DNA of 60,079 nt, counting the filler. It is 9 parts of 9 records of this genome, joined end to end, with 100 filler letters (N's around TTAATTAATTAA, not from the genome) between each part and the next. Parts side by side here need not be neighbours in the genome. Positions count along the whole stretch, not along the records: positions 12,191 to 21,333 come from SRR31156797_42749; positions 21,434 to 27,423 come from SRR31156797_42762; positions 27,524 to 32,604 come from SRR31156797_42788; 6 more parts are not named here. One strand, written 5' to 3'. This document shows positions 19,879 through 28,173 of this stretch, piece after piece. How positions within the stretch are numbered: the first letter of the stretch is position 1; each line of letters opens with the position of its first letter. The notes below the pieces were generated by a model. The model made no database searches, had not been told where the DNA came from, and saw only the letters and a program-made list of their open reading frames with translations. Made by a program: the position numbers and the translations under genes.

Positions 19879-19909
19879 ACATTTAGGGGAACACCGGATG
19901 CGGGATGGG

Positions 19910-20482
19910 CTATCTTTTCCTTCCCATTCCGGCGATGCCAAGCAGGCCTAATCCAAATAAGAAGAATGTGGCCGGCTCGGGATTGGGGGTCGGTTCTTCC
20001 GGGCGATTCAGTGTAATGGAGCCTGTAAAAAACGCATTTGAGGAAATCATCCAGAGACCTGTCGCGCCAGCCAAATTAAATCCATCCAAAGCCAAACTGC
20101 CGTCTATGTCAGAAAAGGTGGTTGCCGAAAATCCAAAGAAACCGCTAGGAAGGTCGGGGATTGTCAAATCGTTGAAGCTAGCTGAAATAAAAAGTTCGGT
20201 TTCATTTTTTATTTCCAGGGTGCCCGCATAAATTCCTTCAGAATAAGAGGTGGTTTTCAATAGGAAAGATGTGCCGGATTCAAAAAGATAGTCGTTGATT
20301 TCCATACCGGTTACATCTGTTTGTATTTCAAAGCCTGCTTCGGGATTCCAGGTTTCTGAAATATTGGTTGAGATGAGACCGCCCAAGTCTATCGAGTCGG
20401 CAAAAGCCCCTTCAACCGAAGTGCAAACAAGAATAATTGAACATAACAAGGATAATCCGTATTGCTTGATTTTATGTTTCAT
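19910..20482 (-). CDS. PEP-CTERM sorting domain protein
   Basis: Signal peptide; C-terminal PNPEPATFFLFGLGLLGIAGMGRKR. Confidence 0.9.
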   Translation of the reverse strand: MKHKIKQYGLSLLCSIILVCTSVEGAFADSIDLGGLISTNISETWNPEAGFEIQTDVTGMEINDYLFESGTSFLLKTTSYSEGIYAGTLEIKNETELFISASFNDLTIPDLPSGFFGFSATTFSDIDGSLALDGFNLAGATGLWMISSNAFFTGSITLNRPEEPTPNPEPATFFLFGLGLLGIAGMGRKR

Positions 20483-20500
20483 TATAGAAATCCTTTATTT

Positions 20501-21067
20501 TTAATTTTTTCTTCTTTTAAGGCCCGCAATGCCCACAAGGCCTAATCCGAGGAGGGTCAATGATGTTGGAATCGGGGTTGTGATATCCGGGGCAGTGTAT
20601 TTTATTGTCAATCGACCGGAATAGTTCTGGGACATATCGGTGAACGTTTGCCCTTTAAAAAGGTTTAAGGTCATTATGAATTCCGGCATGACTAGGAATT
20701 CGTCTTCCCACAAACCGGAGATCGTCGTGTAGCTGCCTGTAACGAAAAGGGCTGTGGGCAAGGAAAAAAACTGAGAGGTCTCTGTTCCTGTTAATAAGAC
20801 TTGCCCATCCGAAAGCCTGGTCAGGCTGCTGTTTGTGAAGGTAGTGCCGTTCCAGGTGGATTCGAATGATATCTCATTGGGATCGGGGATGAAAATTGAG
20901 TCGCTATCCGGTAAAACAGTACCAAATGCCATTGACAGTTGTTTGGTTTCACCGGAATATAAAAAATCTCCGGAAATGTGTGCTACGGCAGCAATAGCAG
21001 AATTTGATAACAATATTCCACAGGTCAGCACAATTACCACTGATAAATATTTAGCATGTTGCATCAT
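20501..21067 (-). CDS. PEP-CTERM variant (TPIP/VPLPA-CTERM-like) protein
   Basis: Signal peptide (AIA-A); C-terminal TPIPTSLTLLGLGLVGIAGLKRRKN. Confidence 0.85.
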   Translation of the reverse strand: MMQHAKYLSVVIVLTCGILLSNSAIAAVAHISGDFLYSGETKQLSMAFGTVLPDSDSIFIPDPNEISFESTWNGTTFTNSSLTRLSDGQVLLTGTETSQFFSLPTALFVTGSYTTISGLWEDEFLVMPEFIMTLNLFKGQTFTDMSQNYSGRLTIKYTAPDITTPIPTSLTLLGLGLVGIAGLKRRKN

Positions 21068-21110
21068 TGAATATGATCTCCATTTTTACATTCTTTTAAG
21101 CTCTTTATAA

Positions 21111-21126
21111 AGCAATTAAGATGCCA
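21111..21126 (-). promoter_or_regulatory. Sigma54 (-24/-12) promoter
   Basis: Minus strand TGGCAT-CTTAA-TTGCT matches TGGCAC-N5-TTGCW, ~45 bp upstream of the PEP-CTERM pair. Confidence 0.75.
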
Positions 21127-21543
21127 TAGAGTAATTGTTTTTTTAAATGGCGGGGGAACGCCTGGAAAAACAGTTCATAAAAAAATACAGAATATGAAGA
21201 CTATGTTCATTTGATAATCCTAATGGGAAATTAATGTGATAAATTAAGTAAAAAAAGTTATCTATATTGAGTAATATCCTTCTGCTTTGCCAAAGCCATG
21301 TATCGGGCATGAATCAAAAAACTTGTGGGGAAANNNNNNNNNNNNNNNNNNNNNNNNNNNNNNNNNNNNNNNNNNNNTTAATTAATTAANNNNNNNNNNN
21401 NNNNNNNNNNNNNNNNNNNNNNNNNNNNNNNNNTCCGGTATATTAAGTGCAAAAACCGCAGACAGATGCTGTTTTCAAAAATCTGGAGAATAAAAAGATG
21501 GTGGGGACTATAGTTCCGGTCACAGGATTATCGCAATTATGAA

Positions 21544-21580
21544 TGTCAAATTGTACGGGGGTTGGCCGTACAGTTTGACA
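21544..21580. promoter_or_regulatory. RHH antitoxin operator (inverted repeat) upstream of the GNAT TA pair
   Basis: TGTCAAA-T-TGTACGG-N7-CCGTACA-G-TTTGACA; TGTACGG...CCGTACA resembles operators of DUF1778-GNAT operons. Confidence 0.75.
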
Positions 21581-21674
21581 GCTAAGGCAATATGATTTAT
21601 TTTGTTCAATATGGATAAAGCCTAAAATTTGTTCATCGAGTAAATGTAAAAATCATATCCAGGAGGACAAAATA

Positions 21675-21944
21675 ATGGCTACTGCACGGCTCGACATGAG
21701 GTTAAGCAAAGATATTAAAGCAAAAGCTGAAAAAGCCTCGGCTTTATTGGGATTAAAAAGTCTGACAGAGTATGTTGTTACTCTAATAAATAATGACGCA
21801 ACAAAAGTAATCGCCCAGCATGAAAGCATGACTCTCAAAAGCGACGTATTCGATAGGTTTATGGAGTCATGTGATAAAGTAGAAATGCCGAATAAAAATT
21901 TAGTTGAAGCTCTATCGTTCACTAAGGCTAAGGACGCTGAATGA
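21675..21944 (+). CDS. DUF1778 ribbon-helix-helix antitoxin (AtaR/TacA/KacA family)
   Basis: MATARLDMRL...AEKASALLGLKSLTEYV...PNKNL; AGGAGG RBS; ATGA overlap with the GNAT gene. Confidence 0.9.
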   Translation: MATARLDMRLSKDIKAKAEKASALLGLKSLTEYVVTLINNDATKVIAQHESMTLKSDVFDRFMESCDKVEMPNKNLVEALSFTKAKDAE

Positions 21945-22477
21945 AGTTACGCATAGAGTTCATCGAACTCAATAAGGCAATTCACGATAGGGCCGGTTTC
22001 GAGTGTGGGGAAAAGGAACTTGATACATTCCTTAAAACACAAGCATCAAAGCATATGAATGTTGGTATCAGCAAAACCATGGTTCTTGTTGATAATTTGG
22101 TAAAGGCAGAAAATAAAAATCCAATTTGTGCTTTTTACACAGTTACTCCCAGCTCAATAAAAAGAGAATCTCTGCCGGCCAAGCTCGCCAAGAAATTACC
22201 TCATTACCCTATCCCTGTATTTTTAATCGCCAAACTAGCCATCAATAAAAATTATCAGGGAAAAGGGTTTGGCAAAATTACTCTTATAAAAGCACTTGAG
22301 TTCTTGTGGCATGTTAATTCACAAATGGCAGCATTCGCAATTATAGTTGATTGTTTAAATGATAATGTATTGGCATTTTATAAAAAATATGGCTTCAAGA
22401 TTTTAGGCGAATTCAACGGTAAGACAAGAATGTATATCCCAATGAAAACTATTAAAACTCTATTCCAGAATGGGTAG
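21941..22477 (+). CDS. GNAT acetyltransferase toxin (AtaT/TacT family)
   Basis: HDRAGFECGEKELDTFL, LPHYPIPVFLIAKLAI, YQGKGFG, FYKKYGF. Confidence 0.92.
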   Translation: MKLRIEFIELNKAIHDRAGFECGEKELDTFLKTQASKHMNVGISKTMVLVDNLVKAENKNPICAFYTVTPSSIKRESLPAKLAKKLPHYPIPVFLIAKLAINKNYQGKGFGKITLIKALEFLWHVNSQMAAFAIIVDCLNDNVLAFYKKYGFKILGEFNGKTRMYIPMKTIKTLFQNG

Positions 22478-22494
22478 AAGAACCAAAGAAATAG

Positions 22495-22702
22495 TTGGCC
22501 GGACTCACACAACAGATTGATATTGCAATATTTCTATTAAAGCCATATGGTTTGTTTCGGTCTTAAAATCGCCTTTTTAGGTGCTGGTTTCCGATAACGG
22601 CAAAAAAGATGCGATCCCGAGATCAATGCAGGTCATTGCCGGGCAAACAGCTCAGGACTACAACATGAGAAATAAACGGCGAGGTGCTTTTAGGGAAGAT
22701 CG
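22495..22702 (+). mobile_element. Remnant A of a REP-associated tyrosine transposase (RAYT/IS200-like) element
   Basis: ~85-bp leader shared with 24319-24405, followed by LVSDNGKKDAIPRSMQVIAGQTAQDYNMRNKRRGAFREDR, which resembles the RAYT segment after the HUH motif. Confidence 0.65.
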
Positions 22703-23773
22703 TCAATCAGTAGCCCATACAAATTTTCTGATCAAATCATGGTACCATGTCCACTTCTTTGTCAAAAATTGAAATTGTCCGGCAACTATTCCAGGGCTTA
22801 GTCCTATTTCCTTTGCGAACATTCGGACTTTGTCTTTTGATGTCAGACTGGGTATTATTTCTCTACTGTTGTCTGGAAACAAAATTTTTGCCGAAAACTC
22901 GTTTGCTCTAACTTCTGCAGGGTCGTCGCTTTCATCATTGATATATAAATTTTTCTTATTATCGTTGAGCACATGCCCTGCCTCGTGAAAAAAAGAGAAC
23001 CAAAACTTATCTTCTCCCTTTCCCCTCAAGGTCATTAGAATCATTGCCTTGTTGGGCTGCAACCACTTTGTTGCTCCATTCCATGGAACTTTTTTCATTT
23101 CAGGTACAAAAGCAAGAGCTACCCCAGCCTCGGCGCAGAGTTTCGTCATTTCAGGGATAAATTTCGAAGGGGTTTCCACGGTCAGGGATCTTATTTGGGC
23201 TATAGCCTCCTTGAATCGATCTTTATTATGTGGTGCACACTGAACCTTTTGCGCTGCGAGTTCCCCTTGTCTGATCCATGCTGCTGCATGTCCTGGGATT
23301 GATTCAAAACAAACAGATCTTCGAGCAGCTACCTTCGGATCTATCCAAATTTTTTCCCACGCAGTTACACTGCTTACGCTAAAAAATTTCAGAATGTCTC
23401 GTAGTTGTTCATTTTTATTTGATGTTTTGCTGATCAGACCTCTTTTTTGCAATTCCAAAACCGGTATTGTTTTCAGCCAATCGATATGTTTATTTAACTC
23501 TTCAAGTTGTTTTATTTTTTCAAGTTGCTCTCTATAATTGACCTCAAGGTTATTCCAAAATCTTGCGGGAACGCCGGTAACCAGTTCAAGCTTATCCGCA
23601 GTTTCATAGAGAATGGGTTGTTCTCCCTTGTAAATACGATTGATTGACTGTACCGTTAGCCCCGTTCTTTTTGACAGCTCTTTTTGGGTCATGCCCATTG
23701 CTTCAGCAGTCTCTTTTAATGTTTCCCCGGGTGGTATGGCATAGTCGGGTTCAAAATTATATTCTTTAACCAT
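22703..23773 (-). CDS. higA: HigA-family XRE antitoxin fused to an ImmA/IrrE-like metallopeptidase domain
   Basis: PDYAIPPGETLKE, HTH, FWNNLE; C-terminal FFHEAGH (HExxH) and EVRANEFS. Confidence 0.88.
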   Translation of the reverse strand: MVKEYNFEPDYAIPPGETLKETAEAMGMTQKELSKRTGLTVQSINRIYKGEQPILYETADKLELVTGVPARFWNNLEVNYREQLEKIKQLEELNKHIDWLKTIPVLELQKRGLISKTSNKNEQLRDILKFFSVSSVTAWEKIWIDPKVAARRSVCFESIPGHAAAWIRQGELAAQKVQCAPHNKDRFKEAIAQIRSLTVETPSKFIPEMTKLCAEAGVALAFVPEMKKVPWNGATKWLQPNKAMILMTLRGKGEDKFWFSFFHEAGHVLNDNKKNLYINDESDDPAEVRANEFSAKILFPDNSREIIPSLTSKDKVRMFAKEIGLSPGIVAGQFQFLTKKWTWYHDLIRKFVWATD

Positions 23774-23784
23774 TGCCTCCCCCC

Positions 23785-24120
23785 TTAATGTGTATCTTCA
23801 ATTTCTATATTTTTAATTTTATGGACTTTTGTTTTGTCTATTCCTCCATTCTCTTTTATGGGAACAGGCTCATTGTCCGGTACGAATAGTAAACGATATG
23901 GATGTTCAAGATCTACAGAGAATTGGCCTTTTCTTTCACCTGTAAGCTCATGTAGCCTTGGTGGTGGTAGATAGGAGATGTCACTCAAAGTTATTGCTGC
24001 ATTTAGCTCTGACATTCTTTGCATAAGTTTCTTTCCCCTAACCTGCCCAAATTGCTTTAGTATTTCTTTGCGTGTCGAGCATTGTTTTTGCAATTTCTTT
24101 GTTTTAAATGATATATCCAC
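23785..24120 (-). CDS. higB: HigB/RelE-family toxin
   Basis: MDISFKTKKLQK, RLHELTGERKGQFSVDLEHPYRLLF, IEDTH; lies upstream of higA. Confidence 0.88.
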   Translation of the reverse strand: MDISFKTKKLQKQCSTRKEILKQFGQVRGKKLMQRMSELNAAITLSDISYLPPPRLHELTGERKGQFSVDLEHPYRLLFVPDNEPVPIKENGGIDKTKVHKIKNIEIEDTH

Positions 24121-24143
24121 TATACTTTCCTGTCAATAAAAAG

Positions 24144-24164
24144 TATTAACATGAAATGTTAATA
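24144..24164. promoter_or_regulatory. Palindromic operator upstream of higBA
   Basis: TATTAACAT-GAA-ATGTTAATA, perfect 9-bp arms. Confidence 0.7.
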
Positions 24165-24318
24165 GTTATAGAAAGGGTCGAGGCCATTTGATAAGAGATT
24201 CATGCCTGCGCCAATCGGGAAACAATAAACTTGAGAAGTATATATGAAAAGGCGGCATACCTGCCAATGTATAGGCTTGGGCTGTGTCTGGGACCTGGTG
24301 TGGGTCGGTTTCGTCTGG

Positions 24319-24664
24319 TGGGTCGGGCTCACACAATAGATTGATATTGCGATGCTTTCATTAAAATTATATGGTGTGTTTTGGCCTTGAAATCACCTTT
24401 TTAAGGGTAAAATGGCACTTGTAACAAATGGTCTCAAAGCATTGCGGTTGGAAGCAAAGAGTCTGTTGAGAATATAAAAGATCAGCTTGGTGTTAAAGCA
24501 ATTCATCGGAAAATACATGAAAGCGTCAGCTGTTTTGAACTGCGTGAGGGCCTTTCTCCTTATATTGCTGATTTTGATACTGAAAATGTAAGGCTAAGCA
24601 TAGAAAATATCCGCCTTTAGGAGCTTTTTCAAATATTAACAGATGATTACGTGAGCCTGGTCCA
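24319..24664 (+). mobile_element. Remnant B: internally deleted RAYT element (MITE-like) with imperfect terminal inverted repeats
   Basis: Leader homologous to 22495-22580. 24411-24620 translates to KWSQSIAVGSKESVENIKDQLGVKAIHRKI...FELRE...YIADFDTENVRLS, resembling a RAYT C-terminus. Ends TGGGTCGGGCTCACACAAT / ATTACGTGAGCCTGGTCCA. Confidence 0.65.
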
Positions 24665-24712
24665 GTAGTGAAGCCAGTAGTGAGTAATTTAAAATGAATG
24701 AGTAAGGTTTAG

Positions 24713-26191
24713 ATGGATAATCAATTAAACAATATAGGTTCAGAGATAGATGTTGCTATTGAGGGAAATGATGGTCCTACATTGAACACTTTGATAGATA
24801 GGTGCAACGAAACATTAGAAAGTGCAGATTTTCAAAATAGATCCATCATTCATTTCTTTAAGGCAAACTGTTACAGTGCTCTGGCTGGCATGCAATCTGA
24901 TAAACCAGGCTATATGTGGAGTTGGCATCAAAATGATAAAGTCATAGAGATACTAAATTTACGAAAAGCAATATCTGAGCCTGAGTTTTCTAATTTAGAT
25001 CCAATTTTTCAGTGTAAAATATTAACTAATCTCGGAAATAACCTAAATCAATTCGGTCGATTTATAGAGGCAATACAAGCGTGGAATTCTGCATTAGATC
25101 TAATTCCTAATTTTGCCATGGCTTTAGGGAATAAAGGTGTTGGACTTATTCATTATGCCAAAAGTCTCTATGACTATGGGCATGCGGGGATTTTAGTTGC
25201 GCACGCTAAAGGTGATTTAAAGGAATCCATTTCTAAAGGCGCATTGTGGGATAGTGGATTGCACCCCGAAGCCAAGGAGTACTTTAGTGTAAATTATAAT
25301 GGTGCTAAAGACTATTTAGAAAAAATTGACTATGATTTTGAGTTCGACCTTGATCAATGGACAATTGGAGAAAACAAAAAAGAAGTAGCGTATCGCACTT
25401 GGTGCTTGAGGCATGGTCTATTTTTAACGCCATTGAATGACGTCTGTAGAAAATCTGCTTCTGCACAAGATGTTCTTCACCTCCCTAATCACACCTACAT
25501 AATTAATGAGAAGCCTCGTTTCCCCAATTATTACAATATAATGAAGCAGGAGTATGTCACTGCGCGCTTTATATTATTCGAATCTATTGACAATGAGGAT
25601 GAACATATGGCGGATAAAGATGTTATGCTTCTGAATGGTTTTGATGGTGTTCAATTTGGGTACAGAAGTGAACAGCTTAAAACCGCTTATCGTTTGGCAT
25701 ATTCACTGTTAGATAAAATCGCACTTTTCTTAAATGGATATTATGAAATTGGCTTGAAAACTAATGCTGTAAGCTTTAGGAGAATTTGGGGGCAAACTAA
25801 AAATAAAAAATTTGAGATTTACCCTTGTTTTAAGGGAAGCAAAAATTGGCCGTTACGAGGACTCTATTATCTATCAAAAGACCTATTTGACGACAACTTT
25901 GTTGATGTGGCCTTGCCTGAAGCTAAAGAGTTAGCCGGACTGAGAAATCGTATTGAACATAGATATTTAAGCCTTCAAGAGTATGCAGCACCTGTTAAAC
26001 ATACAGATACGCATTCATACATAACTATTGATGATTTCCAATTAAAAACAATGCGAATAATGTCGATGGTTAGAGAGGCTTTAGTATATCTATCTCTTGC
26101 AATGCACCGAGAAGAAAAAATACGTCATAAAGAGGATGATAACTTGTCTTTATCTATTCAATCTATGCCAATTGAAAGGTTTTATGAGTAA
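24713..26191 (+). CDS. TPR plus LA2681-family HEPN domain protein (predicted RNase)
   Basis: TPR-like ILTNLGNNLNQFGRFIEAIQAWNSAL; AYSLLDKIA; NWPLRGLY; HEPN RxxxxH motif RNRIEH; lower GC than flanks. Confidence 0.82.
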   Translation: MDNQLNNIGSEIDVAIEGNDGPTLNTLIDRCNETLESADFQNRSIIHFFKANCYSALAGMQSDKPGYMWSWHQNDKVIEILNLRKAISEPEFSNLDPIFQCKILTNLGNNLNQFGRFIEAIQAWNSALDLIPNFAMALGNKGVGLIHYAKSLYDYGHAGILVAHAKGDLKESISKGALWDSGLHPEAKEYFSVNYNGAKDYLEKIDYDFEFDLDQWTIGENKKEVAYRTWCLRHGLFLTPLNDVCRKSASAQDVLHLPNHTYIINEKPRFPNYYNIMKQEYVTARFILFESIDNEDEHMADKDVMLLNGFDGVQFGYRSEQLKTAYRLAYSLLDKIALFLNGYYEIGLKTNAVSFRRIWGQTKNKKFEIYPCFKGSKNWPLRGLYYLSKDLFDDNFVDVALPEAKELAGLRNRIEHRYLSLQEYAAPVKHTDTHSYITIDDFQLKTMRIMSMVREALVYLSLAMHREEKIRHKEDDNLSLSIQSMPIERFYE

Positions 26192-26504
26192 GTTTCATAT
26201 TAATTTATATGGTTATCCCTTGTATCAATCCGAGTTAGCTAACAATTATTATTAATGCTGGATTATAATTTCTCTAAACAATGACTGCTATAAAACAAAA
26301 AAAATAAACCAGATAAATTGGTTATTTTCTTGTTAAAAGTTTTGGATAAACGTTGGAGTAAAAAGGAAGATTGGCCGAAGATGATTGGTTTTCAATTGAT
26401 GCTTTCCAAAGAATGGGAAAGGCTGTAAAAACCATGCGCAGAAATTAAATACAAATATTTGAGAACAAGAAAATTTCAGGCCATAACATTGGTTTCAGGA
26501 GAAT

Positions 26505-27386
26505 ATGAACGCAGAAAAACTCAAACTTGAACAGCAGCTCTGGAATATTGCCAACACCCTGTGGGGAAAAATGGGGGCAGATGATTTCCGTGATTATATA
26601 CTGGGATTTATCTTTTATAAGTATCTGAGTGAAAAGATGTATGCCTATGCAGATAAAATTCTGAAACCGGATGGGATTTTATATTCAGATATTGATGAAA
26701 TCAATGAAACGGGGCAGGCGTATTTGCGCGCTGTTCGTGAAGATGCCATTGAATATCTTGGTTATTTTCTTAAACCTTCTGAGCTTTTTTCTGAATTGGC
26801 CCGTCGGGGTAATGGGAATGGGAAACATAAATTTATCCTGGATGATCTGACCCGGGTTTTAAACAATATTGCCCAGAGCGCCAGGGGTACAGACAGTGAA
26901 GACGAGTTTGACAACCTGTTTGAAGATCTGGATTTGTCCTCCAGCAAATTGGGTAAGACGGAAAATGCCCAAAATGAATTGATTGTTAAAGTGCTCAGTC
27001 ATCTATCGGATATCGATTTCAAGCTGGAAGATACCGAGGCTGATGTGCTGGGGGATGCCTATGAATACCTGATCGGCAAGTTTGCATCAGGGGCCGGTAA
27101 AAAAGCAGGTGAATTCTACACGCCCCAGCAGGTGAGCATGGTCCTGGCAAAGCTTGTTACCACGGGCAAAGATCAATTAAAGTCTGTCTATGATCCCACC
27201 TGTGGATCTGGTTCTCTTTTGCTGCGGGTATCCAAAGAAGTTAAGGATGTGGGCCGGTTTTACGGGCAGGAGAGCAATCCCACCACCTACAACCTGTGCC
27301 GCATGAACATCATCATGCATGATGTGCATTACAGCAAATTTGATATTAAAAATGAAGATACCCTGGAGCATCCCCAGCATGAATGA
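26505..27386 (+). pseudogene. hsdM: Type I R-M methyltransferase subunit, truncated before the catalytic NPPF motif
   Basis: LWNIANTL, FRDYILGFIFYKYLS, LGDAYEYLI, GEFYTP, VYDPTCGSGSLL; stops at DTLEHPQHE*. Confidence 0.88.
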
Positions 27387-27423
27387 GCAGAATTTTGAGG
27401 ACTATAAAAGCAAATACCTGGAT
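27379..27423 (+). pseudogene. hsdR: Fragment resembling the C-terminal region of type I restriction subunit HsdR
   Basis: Alternative frame reads MNEQNFEDYKSKYLD, matching my recollection of the HsdR C-terminal EQxFEDYKSKYLD segment. Confidence 0.6.
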
Positions 27424-27523
27424 NNNNNNNNNNNNNNNNNNNNNNNNNNNNNNNNNNNNNNNNNNNNTTAATTAATTAANNNNNNNNNNNNNNNNNNNNN
27501 NNNNNNNNNNNNNNNNNNNNNNN

Positions 27524-27934
27524 GAAATCATAAAATATAGTTTGACCATCGTTCACTTCATCGATCATGTAATTAATTGTGTCTACTACTGCATCCGGAT
27601 CCACATGCCCATGATACGGCAAAAGCGAGCCAACCCGGTTCAGTTGCATGTCCTCATTATATGTTCCACGGTCAAGCGGAAGCACAAATTGTCCAAACCC
27701 TTGAAATGCAGGATGATCTACAACATCACGGATAGTATCACTGGTTTCTATATAGGTATAGTTTCCCACAGCATTTTCTCCTTTATTTAAGACTTCATTA
27801 CTGGTCGGGTTTGACGTAATTGTTGTACCTTCAGGTACAGGATGAATGACAGTATCTTTTTCCATGCAGCCTGTAATAAATATTGTCAGGATCAACAGTA
27901 GTCCAATTATAACGATTGGATTGATTTTTATCAT
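27524..27934 (-). CDS. Lipoprotein-type alpha/beta hydrolase, N-terminal part (3' partial)
   Basis: MIKINPIVIIGLLLILTIFITGC signal/lipobox after GGAGGTG; TIRDVVDHPAFQGFG...IFYDF. Confidence 0.6.
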
Positions 27935-27944
27935 CTTTAAACAC

Positions 27945-27985
27945 CTCCGGTATTTTTTATCTCCGGTATTTTTTATCTCCAGTAT
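27945..27985. repeat. 16-bp tandem repeat, ~2.5 copies
   Basis: CTCCGGTATTTTTTAT x2 plus CTCCAGTAT. Confidence 0.85.
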
Positions 27986-28173
27986 CATTTCATTCAAACG
28001 TGTAATCACAGTTATCTGCTGCCGGTCCATACACACAACTCACCCCCATACATCTAAAACATTACAGATGGCTTGATTCGGGGTTCCTTGATTGCTAGTT
28101 TTGGTTGTTCCTCGATGCCTTTCAAGCTAATTAAAATGAAAAATGCAGGAAATAAATTAACCTGCAACTTACA

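Noticed and set aside
24662-24683. CCAGTAGTGA direct repeat as a target-site duplication
   Set aside because: Both copies are on the same side of the element, so it is only a local tandem duplication.
26230-26340. GCTAAC...GTTAAAA after the HEPN gene as a possible integron attC site
   Set aside because: The core sites are not complementary, there is no convincing internal stem, and no integrase or second attC is present in the contig.
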